DNA of 64,000 bases, taken from the NCBI GenBank assembly GCA_028023455.1, contig JAQFVV010000011.1, positions 5,704,001 to 5,768,000 on the forward strand. The letters are read 5' to 3'. This document shows positions 39,911 to 52,589 of the stretch, one piece after another. Made by a program: the position numbers and the translations under genes. Within the stretch, counting starts at the first letter, position 1; every line of letters begins with the position of its first letter. A model generated the notes under the pieces. That model was given only the letters and a program-made list of their open reading frames with translations. It was not told where the DNA came from and did not search any database. The DNA is from Epiperipatus broadwayi (taxonomy: Eukaryota > Animalia > Onychophora).

Positions 39911-42151
39911 CTAACTTTCTTTTTCCTCTTTTAACATATATTTTCTAACTTCTTTGCCTTGAAATATAAACCTAGCACAATTTTTTCACTTAATTTTTTT
40001 GCCAAATATATTTTTCCATTTAATTTTTGTCTACATTTCTATTTCATTAATTTTATATGCCCAACTTATTTCTTTCATTCTCTTCCAAAACTACATCTTT
40101 AAAATTTCTAAAGTAAGAAGACTCTTTTTTAAATCTAATTTTCACAGTCTATAAAGTAGTTTTTTTTTTTTTATATTAAAAATGCATTTTTCATATTGTT
40201 TTATCCTTAGTTTCATATTCAAAAACTCAAATATTTAGAATGTTAACCTGCTCTTAATTTATAGCAGCATAATTTTCAACATCTTTGCCACTTACTGCAA
40301 TTGGCATAGAGATGGCGAAAATTATCCTGCTATAACAGCAATATGTAAGCCAAAGTTATGTAATGGAGTCAGGTGATATTTTATCTGTTCTGGAACTTCA
40401 TATCCAGTGGTTATTCTTAATATTTTTGTCTCACCATAAAGGGAAACTTCAAGCATTGGAAATGACAGATGGAGCTGTGCTCCATGGATCTTGACTTCAG
40501 AGTTCATTATTCATTCTAAATTTGTTGGCTATTAAAACTGTAAATAGATTTAGGTAATTGTGTGTATTTATATAAGTATCACTTGTTTTTATGGAATATA
40601 TTATCTCAAATTCTTCTGTATATTTTTCTAATTTTGATGCCATCACTCATAAAATGAAATGTCTATAATGTTATATGTTAAAGTGTGTGTGCGTGTATAA
40701 GTCTAAACATATGAATTATTTAATATATTATATTTAGCATGTTTAATTCATGGGTGTAAAACAATCTAGAAATATATTTTGAAACTTTGTAAATTAACAA
40801 CGGATTGAATATAATATAGTATTCTTAAAAAAAAAAAAAAGTCATTTTATTTTAAAGACATCAAAATGATATGAATTAGATGTTTGATCTGTTTTGACCT
40901 GATTGAATTTTAAAAAAGAATTATTTTGTTGATTTGTTTTGAGCTAGACATGAAGGAATTAGAACTTAGATTTGGATTTTCAAGTTTTTTTTCTGCTTTT
41001 TAAATAGAAGCATGGTATTTAGAGGATGAAATACTGCAGGGAGTCCCTAGCAGTTACTTGATAACAAGATACATCAAAGCATCGTGTGTTTCATGCTTAG
41101 ATCTTTTTTTTTTCCTGATGAAGAGCTCTGTTTATTTCTCAGAATTTGAATAGCTTTATTTAAAGAAAAAAAAATGTTTTTTTTTTTTTTAAATATTGAT
41201 TTTCATTTTTTTAAAAATAATAATAAACTTATATTTATATTTCAGATAATATTAATAATAGTAATGGCATTTATTTATTTAGTTTAAATATGTTTTAGGC
41301 AACCAACTATTAAGAAATATAACTTCAAATCTGTAGATATTTCAATAAGGAAATAGATTCATTAGTGCTTTTATTAAATTCTTAAATTCTGCCATTGTAT
41401 TCTTAGATTTGACTCTTACTAACTATATTTTCTATTTTCGGGTAGAGCAACATAAGTCAGATACTATTAAAATTTTATTTCAAAGCACATTACACGCATT
41501 AACTGTGTGTGGCTCTGAATCTATTAATGAGACTACAATAGCATCTTGAAAGATTACATCCAGTTAGATTTACTATAGGATTTGAGTAAAGGAATTTATG
41601 TAGGTTTTTATAAGAAGTTCAGTTTTTATTTCATAATTATTCAGTTATTTGAAGAAATGTTTGGGTTGAAACATCTAGAAAAGGGATTTTAATTTGAATA
41701 TATCTTAAACCATGAAAGTATATCATGAGTTAGTAATAAGTTTGATTGATCTATAGAATAGCTTTTTATAATTTTCTATGATATAATTTGTCTTATAATA
41801 TGTAGTGATGAAATAACTAAAGGCTAGTGCCAAGTGGTGGAGTTGAATACACCAATTATTCTTCTAATGTTAATATTAAATTGTGTATCCAGAAGTTTAA
41901 TGAGTACTATTTCTATGAACAGGTCATAATATTCACCAGTGGAATATGCTAATGTTAAGAAAGATATGATTAGATTATTGTTATTATACTCCAAATTCAT
42001 ATACTGTAAGCCAGTTTTTTGAGAAGATTGTTCATAAATAAACAGAGCAAAACTCTCCATACAGTATTGCCACCTGTGCTAAACAGAGTAATCAATGGAT
42101 GCCAGAAGGCTTGTGCATAAAATCCCTATCTAATGCCTACTCATCCAATAT

Positions 42152-42191
42152 CCCCAGACTAGTTTCTGGCTTGTGGCCTTCGTCAGTGAGG
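42152..42191 (-). ncRNA. Type I minimal hammerhead ribozyme motif
   Basis: Minus strand reads CCTCA-CTGACGA-A-GGC-CACAA-GCC-A-GAAA-CTAG-TC-TGGGG. The core is intact, stem III is the palindrome CTAG, the site is GUC and stem I has 5 bp. An A.A mismatch closes stem II. Confidence 0.78.
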
Positions 42192-42879
42192 AGCTTTGGA
42201 CCTGAGAGCACTGCATCTAGATCTTAGGATCTAATGCAACCCTCTAGCAACCACCTTTTATCTCTACTTAACTACAAAACTATGAGAATGAAATTGAAAA
42301 CACAAAAAATATTTTCAATCTAAGCTCAATGGCTTATATAATCATATGGGTCTGAACTCAGTTCAGAACCCATACATTTTGGTGTCTTCAGCTCTTTTAC
42401 AACCATAGCCACCACTATCCTATTAGGCAGGATTGGTGTTAAACCATTAAGCATCACATGATCACATTTCCTATACTAGCACATTAATTGTTGATAAACA
42501 GAGCAAAACTCTCCATACAGTATTGCCACCTGTGCTAAACAGAGTAATCAATGGATGCCAGAAGGCTTGTGCATAAAATCTCTATCTAAAGCTAGTATAG
42601 GAAATGTGATCATGTGATGCTTAATGGTTTAACACCAATCCTGCCTAATAGGATAGTGGTGGCTATGGTTGTAAAAGAGCCAAAGACACCAAAATGTATG
42701 GGTGCTGAACTGAGTTCAGATCCATATGACTATATAAGCTATTGAGCTTAGATTGAAAATATTTTTTGTGTTTTCAATTTCATTGTCATAGTTTTGTAGT
42801 TAAGTAGAGATAAAAGATGGTTGCTAGAGGGTTGCATTAGATCCTAAGATCTAGATGCAGTGCTCTCAGATCCAAAGCT

Positions 42880-42919
42880 CCTCACTGACAAAAGCCACAA
42901 GCCAGAAACTAGTCTGGGG
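42880..42919 (+). ncRNA. Hammerhead motif copy with core mutation (CTGACAA, G8A)
   Basis: Inverted copy of 42152-42191 with G8->A and a stem II G->A change; predicted inactive. Confidence 0.65.
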
Positions 42920-44139
42920 ATATTGGATGAGTAGGCATTAGATAGGGATTTTATGCACAAGCCTGCTGGCATCCATTGATTACTCTGTTTAGCACAGGTG
43001 GCAATACTGTATGGAGAGTTTTGCTCTGTTTATCAACAATTAATGTGTTAGTATAGGAAATGTGATCATGTGATTGTTCATAAATATTGTTTTATATCTA
43101 TCTTTCAATAAATGAAGAATATACATTAGACTATGATCCACTGTGACTTCTAAACAGTTATGGAATAGAATGTTTTATTCTTGTGAAAGTAATTACATGT
43201 ATTTTTTGAGATGTATCCCAATTGTTGAAGTAAAAAAAGAGCATAAAATGTCTTTGTGGTATTAGGAATAAGATAATAATCTTTGTAAAATATTTTTAAA
43301 ATTTTCATATCCTTAATAAGAGACTTATATATTTGTGACAAATCAAAACATGAATTTTCTACATTGTGTTTTTGCAAGATCACTGATGAATACATTCCAT
43401 GAAGTAAATAAAAGAATTGAACTCTATGGAGACCATCATGTAAAATTGCTAAATCTTCTTTTATCATTAACCAAAGATGGTTTGTTGAATGCATATTTGC
43501 ATTCATTCCCACTTTGAATCCCAGGTATTGTTGATAAAGACAAAAAATCAGAAACTTGATGTTCACTTACTAAGGATAGAAATTTTATATGCATCCAGTA
43601 ATCACTGATTACTTAAGCTTACACTAGATAACAGTAAAGTAGATATTTCCATTATTGTATAAATTTTATTAGAAGCAAATTATAATAAATTTATTCCGTT
43701 TTTTAAATGTTCTACTAATAAAATAAATTCTATAAATTATGAAAATTTTTAGGAAATTGTGATATTTATAATTTTCATTTACATAAAATATTTATGTCTG
43801 ATCTATGACCTTATATAATCTGGGATAATAAACTAAAAGTAACTCTTATTTTGGCTTAAAGGTGAGTCTTGCAATTACTATTACTAAATAGCATGATTTC
43901 AGTTAGCAATATTAGTTTTTAATTAATGCTTTGTCATGATATATTATTGCTTTAAAAAATTATATGGATAAATCCTGCTAAATAATCAATATTTATATCT
44001 AAAAACCCATGAAAGTCTAATTAACATATAATCAGAATCAAAATCTTGCAATAAATAAATAAATTGTTCTGTATTTTTGAAAATATAGCTGTTAAATTTT
44101 TAAAAACAAGTGTTTAACAATATATATATATATATATAT

Positions 44140-46328
44140 TGTAACGAGCACAGACGTTCGTTACATTGTTTTTTTTTATATATTTATTAAACATGAAAGT
44201 AAATTAAAAAGTTCGCATTTAAAAAGTTTCTTTAAGAATTAAAAATTGAAACTAAATATCATCTTAAACTCATATATATTAAATCGCACAGATTAAAAAA
44301 AATTATTAAAATAAAACTGTATTAAAAATAGAAAAGGTATTTTAAAAAACAAAAACTTAAAAAGATTTAGTGATAAAAATATATATTTGATTTGGAAAAC
44401 AGGTTAATTAATCAGAAATGGAAATGATAAATTTAATTAGTCAAATGTAAACCAGCCTTGGGCATTTAAATGTAAAAACATCGGTTAGATAGGAAAACAA
44501 TAGAAACTTTTAGCAAATGAAATAAATCCATTGGAAAATCGGACCTCAACGAAAAGGATCATCGCATCGATGACGTAATGTAAATTTAATCCTTCACATT
44601 AATATAAAAAGGACAAATTTGGAAATTATTAATTAGTGAATTATTGATTATTACGATGTGACTATATGTATTAGTACGGAGTTGAGGTGAAGGAATTGAC
44701 AGACGCACGGTCAATTCTTTCAGCTGTTAAAGAAAAGAGAAATGAACTATCGTTTCCTACATTGAGGACCAATTGAACTAAAAAACCTCCGAATGAATAA
44801 ATAAAACAACGGCTAAATGGATACCAATCTTTTGAGGACGGCGTGGGAATTCCCGTTCAAACTTACAAACGACTGATAAAGATGAACTGTTTAAAACCGT
44901 AAGAACTTTACAATTAATGAACATTAAATTAAAAACTTTTCGTATTTAAAATAATTGCATTAGTTTCCTATCTGACTAAAGTAGTTAAAATGTTATTTGA
45001 TGTATTTTTTATTTATTTGTGTAAAATCATTTCCATTTATTTAATTTTGTTCTTTAAGTTTATTTATGATTTCTGTTTTCCGATAAATTAAAATATATCA
45101 ATGTTAAACTTAAGTCGGGCGTGAATGGCTGTATAGATTTGTAAAGTTATATTAGGGAAGGGTAATCTTAGGTTATTTGTGTCGTTGTTAGATTGGGTCA
45201 ATGGATTGGATATATTGGTGTGATTAGTAGATGTAATATTGATTCGCTACGGGCAGAATCGCTTCATACGCCGCACACTTCCGTTTGCCTATGGAAGGAA
45301 TTATAAGACGGAGAACGCAGTTCCTTTCTATGGAGTTTTTTTTTTTATTGTTCTTCTCGTTAGATAGATGTAATATTCCTATCTGATTGAGAGTCAATGT
45401 CTTTTCTTAATCTTTTTGTGCTGCCGTATTTTATTACATTGAATACATCGATATATCAGATGAATTGATGCCGGTTTGACTACGAATTTTAACCTAAGGT
45501 TAAATAGGGATAGAATGTTTATTTTCAAAAGCAAATCTATGTGGTCTATTCATACTTGACCCTAAATAAAAATGCATTAAATTTAAGTTGTTTATAGACG
45601 CTTGCATGGATTGGTTATCGGTTAAGTATGTTTTGGGTTTTCATATTTGATCAAAATATATAGACATTCGATAAATAATGATACCTTACGGTGAGTATCT
45701 AAAATGTATTTATTCGGATGTCTTTTAAGTTATTGGTGACAATGCAAGTATCTTATGGTGAATACTATTGGGTTACATATAAATTTCCCTCCGCAATTGT
45801 CAGTAGTCAATAATTTTGTATTTTGATCGTTTATGTTTCTTTTGAAATGTTTTTAACCGTGTAATCTATGTAACCGATCTATAGCAACATCTTAAAACAA
45901 GCTTTTATAATCCCATCTGTGCGAACTTAATTAAAATGTAAAATTAGAATATAATAGTAATTAAATGTAAATTAAAGTCAAAAATCAAAGTTAAAAATAA
46001 TGTTAAATGTTAAAATGTAAAACTAATACTAAAATAATTTTAAATCTTATATATATGTGCATAAATAAATAATTGTATGTTAATTACTGGCAGTGGCTTA
46101 TTTTATTCTTTTTTATATATACTCTTAGATTATATTATTAAATCTCTGCTATTCCACTGAGCTAGTGACATGGGCTAACGACCGGAACCAAAATATAAAA
46201 AAAAAAAAAATTTTTTTTTTTTTTTACTTACGTATCTGCCTACTCTATAAATTTTTCTAGGTTCAAATGCCTAGATGGCGCCCTGTAGTGCAGTTTACGT
46301 TAAGTCACCATTTCTCCGGATCGTTACA
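44140..46328. mobile_element. 2.19-kb solo-LTR-like element inserted in a (TA)n tract
   Basis: Termini TGTAACGA...TCGTTACA, flanked by ATAT on both sides. No ORF of 60 aa or more in the ORF track; CpG-richer than the flanks. A related end is present at 3772-4010. Confidence 0.7.
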
Positions 46329-47689
46329 ATATATATATAGTATTAGTTTATGAACTATTTAGTGAAATTTTTGTTTCAACTTGCATTACTTTATATTTCT
46401 GTTTACAGTGAAGTTCCGTTTATTTCCTTGCACCATTATTTTTGATGCTTTTTTCATACAAATTTGAGAGAGTTCACCAGGGTGTCTTATTTGCTTATTT
46501 TTGGAAGAACAAATTGAAATATTGTTTTTGATCTTATACCTTGAAAGCAGATTCATATTAATACATAGTTTAAATATTTCAATTTTGTTTAAATTGATTA
46601 TTTTTAAAACATATTTTGTACGCCCATTTGGGTTTTTTTAGACTATGAATACATATTGTTGCCATCTAGGAAGTTTTTCTACAATGTTTAATGAACATTG
46701 AATAAGAAAATGTTTTCTTGTGATCACAACCCTGCCTGCCCAGTGAATTTTTACTAGAATTTTCTTTGTTTTAATATGCCAATTTCATGTAAGGACAATT
46801 AGTAATTAGTATAATTGTATTTATAATTGTATTTTTCGTTTTTATTTTATTGCATATTTACTGGATAATTTATTTTACATGATTCTCTTTTAATTTAAGG
46901 GTTTCAATAATTAACTCAAAAAGTTAAAAGCAGTATAACAAATAAATACACACACATAAAGATTATTAATTGATTAAAATCACTTTAAAAACAAAATTTA
47001 TGGACACCTATGCCTTTTAGTACAATTTATTTTAATAACACTATTTTAAAACAAAATCATAAATTTTAAATGAATTTTTTACATTATTACGATAAACATA
47101 TTTTATTAGAACAAAATTTGTAATGTTAAAGTTAATTATTATTTCTCTGCAAAATGGGGCTATCTTCTGCATTAAGTATTAAATACTAGCATTGCTAATT
47201 TGGAATTTTAGGAGTGACATATTGCTGAAGCTTAGAATTTTTTTAAGCAGAGTGTTGTGTATACAAATAAATATATTTTTGATTTCATCAAAAATCCAGA
47301 TTAGTTTCTATATCAATGATTCCATTATTACTACAGAAAACCTAACAACCCAGAAGACAATTTAAAAATAATTGGTACATTAAAATTGCAAAGGAGATAT
47401 ACTCATTCACTGATTTTGGTCATTTTAGATTTTTTTTTTTGTTATATTGAAAATAACAAATGGTTTTAAAAAGTAAGTCATTATTCACTTAAATCCATGA
47501 AGGGCTTTTTTTTTTTACACTTACGATGTTAAAAATATTTTGGATAATTGAAAAAAATATTTTGATCTCCTTTTGAATAATGAACAAGAATTGAGAAGAC
47601 TAGTTTTAATGATTTTGAACAATCTATTCATATTTGTCACCTTGAAACAGTTCTTTGCATTCTTAAAAATAAAATGATTGCAGATCCTA

Positions 47690-48430
47690 TATTTAGAGAA
47701 GTTTTAAAATAGAATTTTTAAGAATATATGAACTCATGAAATTATGCTATTTGACCTTAAAGGTACTTCTATTGTTCTAATTTTTAAAAATAAAGGAGAT
47801 AGATAAGACTTGTACAGTAATTATTGTGGAATATTATTGTTATCCACTACATGGATTTTGTAGAATAGATTATCTCCAGTCATAGATAAATAATTTCCAG
47901 TGACTCAATGCAAATAAATGCAAGAAAAGCATTGGGAATAAGATAATTTATATATTGCTGGTTTTATTGATTTACACAAAGCATTTGACTCAGCTAGTTG
48001 AACAGATTTATGGTAATTTTGAAATCAGTTGATTGTTCACCAAACTGTATTTATATTGTACAGTTTCTACATGATGGTATAAAAATAGATATTATTATTA
48101 AGGAAAAATATGAGGCATTGTAAATGAATATTGATGTTAATCATAGATGTGTATCAGCTCCATCTTTTTTTTCTTCTTTTTTTCATATGTCATAGCATCG
48201 GCCAGGATGCGAACCCACAACCGTCTGCAACCAACTACTTGCTTGCAAGGCGGCTGCGATGACCTTTCGGCTAACAACGCTTGACTATCAGCTCCATCTT
48301 TATTTGTTATTTTTATGATAGTGGTCTTTGATTCAGTAGAAATTTCATAAAAGAGGAATCAAGATTCTGTATAGCTTTGATTGATGGAAAACTTAATTTG
48401 AACTGATTAAAAGCAAAAGAAAATACTTCC
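47690..48430 (+). pseudogene. Degenerate RTE-clade LINE RT fragment (interrupted by a SINE)
   Basis: IVLIFKNKGDR..NYCGILLLS, FIDLHKAFDS, (G)CVSAPSLF and DGKLN..LKAK-like remnants in the expected order. Confidence 0.7.
48168..48285 (-). mobile_element. tRNA-derived short SINE, variant subfamily (86-nt body 48195-48280, TGC in anticodon position)
   Basis: Same GTCAA leader and GGTTCGC T-loop, a TATGACATATG trailer and an A-tail. 16-bp TSD tatcagctccatcttt (48152-67 / 48286-301). Confidence 0.85.
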
Positions 48431-50243
48431 ATCTTTATGGCTCATGGATTTGCAATATGCTGTCAATCCAAACATAATTTACAAATATACTTCGTGTTTT
48501 GAGTGCAAAGAACAGTAACTCTCGTCTTCATTTTTATGCTTATCATATGATATTCTATACCATAATCAATTTTGTTTTTCCTCACTTCAGAATGCATGAT
48601 ACAATGATAAAATGTTGTCTCCAAAGGTTTGGGGTTTTCTGCTTAGTGAAATTCATCAATCCCTACTAACTTTCTGGAGATATTTACAGGCAATAAAGAA
48701 TTTCACTTTTGCATTGCATGTCTTCCAATGGAGTGTTTATGCTACCTTTAAATGTTTTTATCCATATAAAATTTATTAAATGGAGTTTCTTATATGAATC
48801 ATTATTATGTCATCATGGAGTTTTCTTTTGTTAGTACTTCTCTTTCTTTAACCAAGATTGCCGTGTACTCCCTCTGGACAAACAATACATATTGAATGGC
48901 TACTTTTTTTTTCTTGATAGTCATTTCTTTTAGACTACAAATGATGGTTTATTATTATTATTTTTGATCCATCATTTGCTAAGCTTTCTGGATTCAGTCA
49001 CATTTTTTATTAATTTTTCCTGAAATTTGTTTATTTTCTCTGCCTTCTGCAATTTTTTCTTTTGTTTTCCTGGATTTTTATTTTTATCAGGTCTTTGCTA
49101 TATATTTTTACTACTACCTCAACTCATCTTCCCATGTTTGTCATTTTTCTACTCATTCTTTTGCCTCAGCTATCTCTTCATGAATATTTTGTTAGTTTCC
49201 TTAGTATATGTTCACAGGCATTCTTTCCATGTTTCTCTAATTTATATCTCAGGCATTGTTCATTTTTTTTGCTTTGTCCTGGATTACTTTTAAATTTTGC
49301 TCTGAATTATCAGATTTTCTCATATTTCTTGTTTTAATTCACAAGTATTCTCTCATTTTTCTTATAGGTTAAATTTTATATCATTTCTCAAGTCCAAAAG
49401 TCATTGGTTTTTTAACTTCTTAGCTTTCATTTGTTCTTATACTTTTATTTTACCTCTCTTCTGCTTGTTTCTGTCTTTTAATATGTCATTTTTCATTTGG
49501 TTTATTTATTTTTGTTCTCTATTTTTTACTATTCCATACTAGCAATCATTTTATTTTTTTGTTGTATTATCTTAGTCCATTTTTATTTCTGGATGATATA
49601 ATGCTTTGTTATCTCTCTAGTTCTTAAAATGATATTTTTCTCTTCTCATATATCTTAATTAAATCTTCGAAAGTTATCTCTTCACTATCTTTTTTTTTAC
49701 ATATATATTCTGGCATTTCTTGCTTCATTTCTGGTTCCCCTTTTGTTATTCATTGTATCTGAGTTTTTATATTCTATCATTTCTAGTTTGTTTTCTATTT
49801 TCATATTATTTATTTAATATTAACATTATTGTGATGATTTACATTACAATTTTAATATTAATGCAAGATCTCCATCTTTTGGCTGTATTACACAACTTCT
49901 CTAAATTATCTTCATACTTTTCTACTCCAATTATATATATTTTTTGCCTTAAAATAACATTTAATTGTTTTATGTTGGCATATATCACATACATTTTCAT
50001 ACCATGCTATCATTCCAACTGCAACTGTCTATGTAACTGTGTTTTAATGTTTTCTCTCAGAATATTTCTGGTTTAGTCTTTTTTTACCTTACCACCCAAA
50101 AATATAAATTTCAGAATTGTTGACTTGTGTTCTGCTTTGCAGATTAATTTAATAGCTTCATATCATGTATATATCCTCTCAGAAATGCCTGGTTAGTCTC
50201 AGTTTCTCAGGGTGTTATTTTGGCATGCTATTAAATAAAAATA

Positions 50244-51225
50244 CACCTGGGTCTCTTTTTATGCGGACTTATTTAACACGATTTTGAAGTTACGCAATTC
50301 AGGTTTCACCGGAAGTTGAACTCCGATAATACGTTATTACTTTAAATAATAAATTTTGCGCACTTAACGTTATATTGAAAGTACTGTAATAGCACATTAC
50401 TATTGGAATTCGACTTTCATGTTAGTAATTTCAATATTTTCAGTGCTTTATAATAGTAAGATTTTATGCAATAACGAAATTAAAATCATGATTTTCACAT
50501 TTTATGTATACACACATTAAATTTTACAAGATTATAATGTAAATTTGTTCAAACATTGTGCGTGTTAATTTTGCATTTTAAATCACATTCTGTTTTTGCT
50601 TTTTAAAAAAGAACGTACAGCAATCAATTATTAATCATTTAGTATCCGCAAGTTTATTTTTAAAAGGTGAGTAATAGCAGTGGGCACAATTAAAATTGAA
50701 AATTAAAGACAAAAATAAGAATTTAATTTTTAGTTGTTAGATTAATTACTAAGTACGTTGTCACCAGAAAACCATTAATTAACATAACATGAGAGTGACG
50801 TTGGCGCTAGTTGTATTTCATCTTGTGAAGAATCTGATTTTTTTATCAGTTTGCAAATGAACCTGTTTACCAGCAAATAGCGATAATAATTAAAACGTGT
50901 ATAAAAAATATAAATTACTGTAAATTATGCATAAAAATATATTGTTTTGAATAAGATTAAATATTATAGTTAAAAAAAGTTTGTCTTGTATCAATTTTTT
51001 TCAAATTTGAAATTTTTTATTAGTCATATTTTATTTCCTTATTTTTTTTTTTTTTGCACGAATTTTAAAGTAAATTTTACGTTGGTGCTTTGCTTTTACG
51101 CGAGTTTTGAAAAATCACAGTCCATATTCCCCCTTTTTCAAGGTAAGTTTCATCTATTTTTGCACGATTTCGTTTGCGCGTGTTTTCTGAGGAACCTATT
51201 TATTGCGTAAAACGAGACCCAGGTG
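50244..51225. mobile_element. Non-autonomous pogo/Tigger-like (Tc1/mariner) element, 982 bp
   Basis: TA|cacctgggtctctttttatgc ... gcgtaaaacgagacccaggtg|TA; ~21-bp TIRs with 2 mismatches and a TA TSD. Confidence 0.9.
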
Positions 51226-51425
51226 TACATATAAGCCAGGGTTATTTATATCATTTTTTTTTTCAATTTTTCACCATATCTTGGGCCCACTAAATTCACA
51301 CACTATTTAGAAGATGAGTTGAATTGACTGCAAACCCAACTTTTTATCCATATGTGATTTTATATTTACCAAAAAGATTCTGTTAAAAGAAATTGCTATA
51401 TAAATATTTATTATGTTGTATATAA

Positions 51426-51950
51426 CAGGAGTTGGCAAAATGTGGCTTGCAAGTCAAATATGATTCTTCTTATCAAGATAAACATAAATGCATTTTTTAT
51501 TTTCCCTTGTAATTTGTAAATAAATATTTTGATGTCTCTAGGAGAGGAAAATTTCACATTATAATGTAGTTTATTGAATTCGCCTTAATTATAGAATAAT
51601 AATTGTTGTATGGGTTGATTTGTGAATAAATCATATTGTGAAAAAAATTTTTTTCATTTATTTTTAAAAGAATTTTTATTTTCATTAGGATCATATAGAT
51701 TATTTTATGTTCTACTACTAAAATAAATGTTCACATATATTCACAGCCATTCTGAAATTCGCACTTTTCATGAACATATTTTTCACTTTTTTCATTGGAG
51801 CTTTTTAATAGGGGTGAATATGTGGTTCTTTAATGGGGGAGATATCTCTTTCATTGTAACTTTTTAATGGAGTGGGGGGGGGTATATTTTTTCTTGCAGT
51901 TCTTAATGCATGGAGGAATTCTTTTGAATTAAAAAGTTTGCTGACCCCTA
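51426..51950. mobile_element. hAT (Buster/Charlie-type) MITE, 525 bp
   Basis: TIRs caggagttggcaaa / tttgctgaccccta; perfect 8-bp TSD gtatataa (51418-25 / 51951-58). Confidence 0.9.
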
Positions 51951-52589
51951 GTATATAACAATAATTCATATTATTTACATTTCTCTACCCTTTTCTTTCT
52001 CTCAAATCACTTTATTTTTATTCATTGTGACTCAATTTTTGTCTATGATCATTTGCAGTACTAATTTTTATTCCAGTTTACGTCAAAATACTATGATATT
52101 ATGATATTACCATTAATTGGAAATATCCAAAGACAATAAAAGAAAGGATCAACTCACAATTGATTTATTATATACAAAATATTTATAAATAAATATCATC
52201 ATCTCATTATTACAATTTTATTTACTATTACATAATAAAGGTTCAATTATTCATTCATCTTTAATTTATTTAGGTGTAGTGTCTGTATTTTAAAAATGTT
52301 ATTTAAATTTTTGTACAGATTTAATTTTACTACTATTTCTTCTATTAATGTCATCCAATTAGTTCATTATTATCATTTGATTAATCTTTTCTTAATTGTT
52401 GTATATCATTTTGTTTCTTACGTGTAATTTTTCTATTGTTTGAATTTACAAACCTAATCAATGCGAGTGTTATGAATTGAATGATCTTTATCTGACTATT
52501 GATTTTACACTTACGGTACTTTAAATACCATGTTGCAGACACATTATACATACTTTTTCAGTGATTATATTTATATATAATATAGAGAG

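Larger units (their letters stand above)
42038..43074. mobile_element. Penelope-like pseudo-LTR/retrozyme-like insertion: 456-bp unit as direct partial tandem plus inverted copy
   Basis: 42038-42133 is repeated at 42494-42589. 42591-43074 is the reverse complement of a circular permutation of the unit. TSD gattgttcataaata at 42026-42040 and 43072-43086. Hammerhead motifs occur in both arms. Confidence 0.85.

Noticed and set aside
40322-40507. Minus-strand ORF with APE-like ILRITTGY and IAVIAG motifs
   Set aside because: Probably an old LINE endonuclease scrap, but too short and degenerate to annotate.
41115-41146. CTGATGA-A-GAG..CTC-A-GAAT hammerhead-like motif
   Set aside because: GAAA is mutated and there is no stem I or III.
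49027-51210. Phe/Leu/Ile-rich ORFs resembling membrane proteins
   Set aside because: Compositional artefacts of T-rich sequence, with no recognisable domain or splice context.
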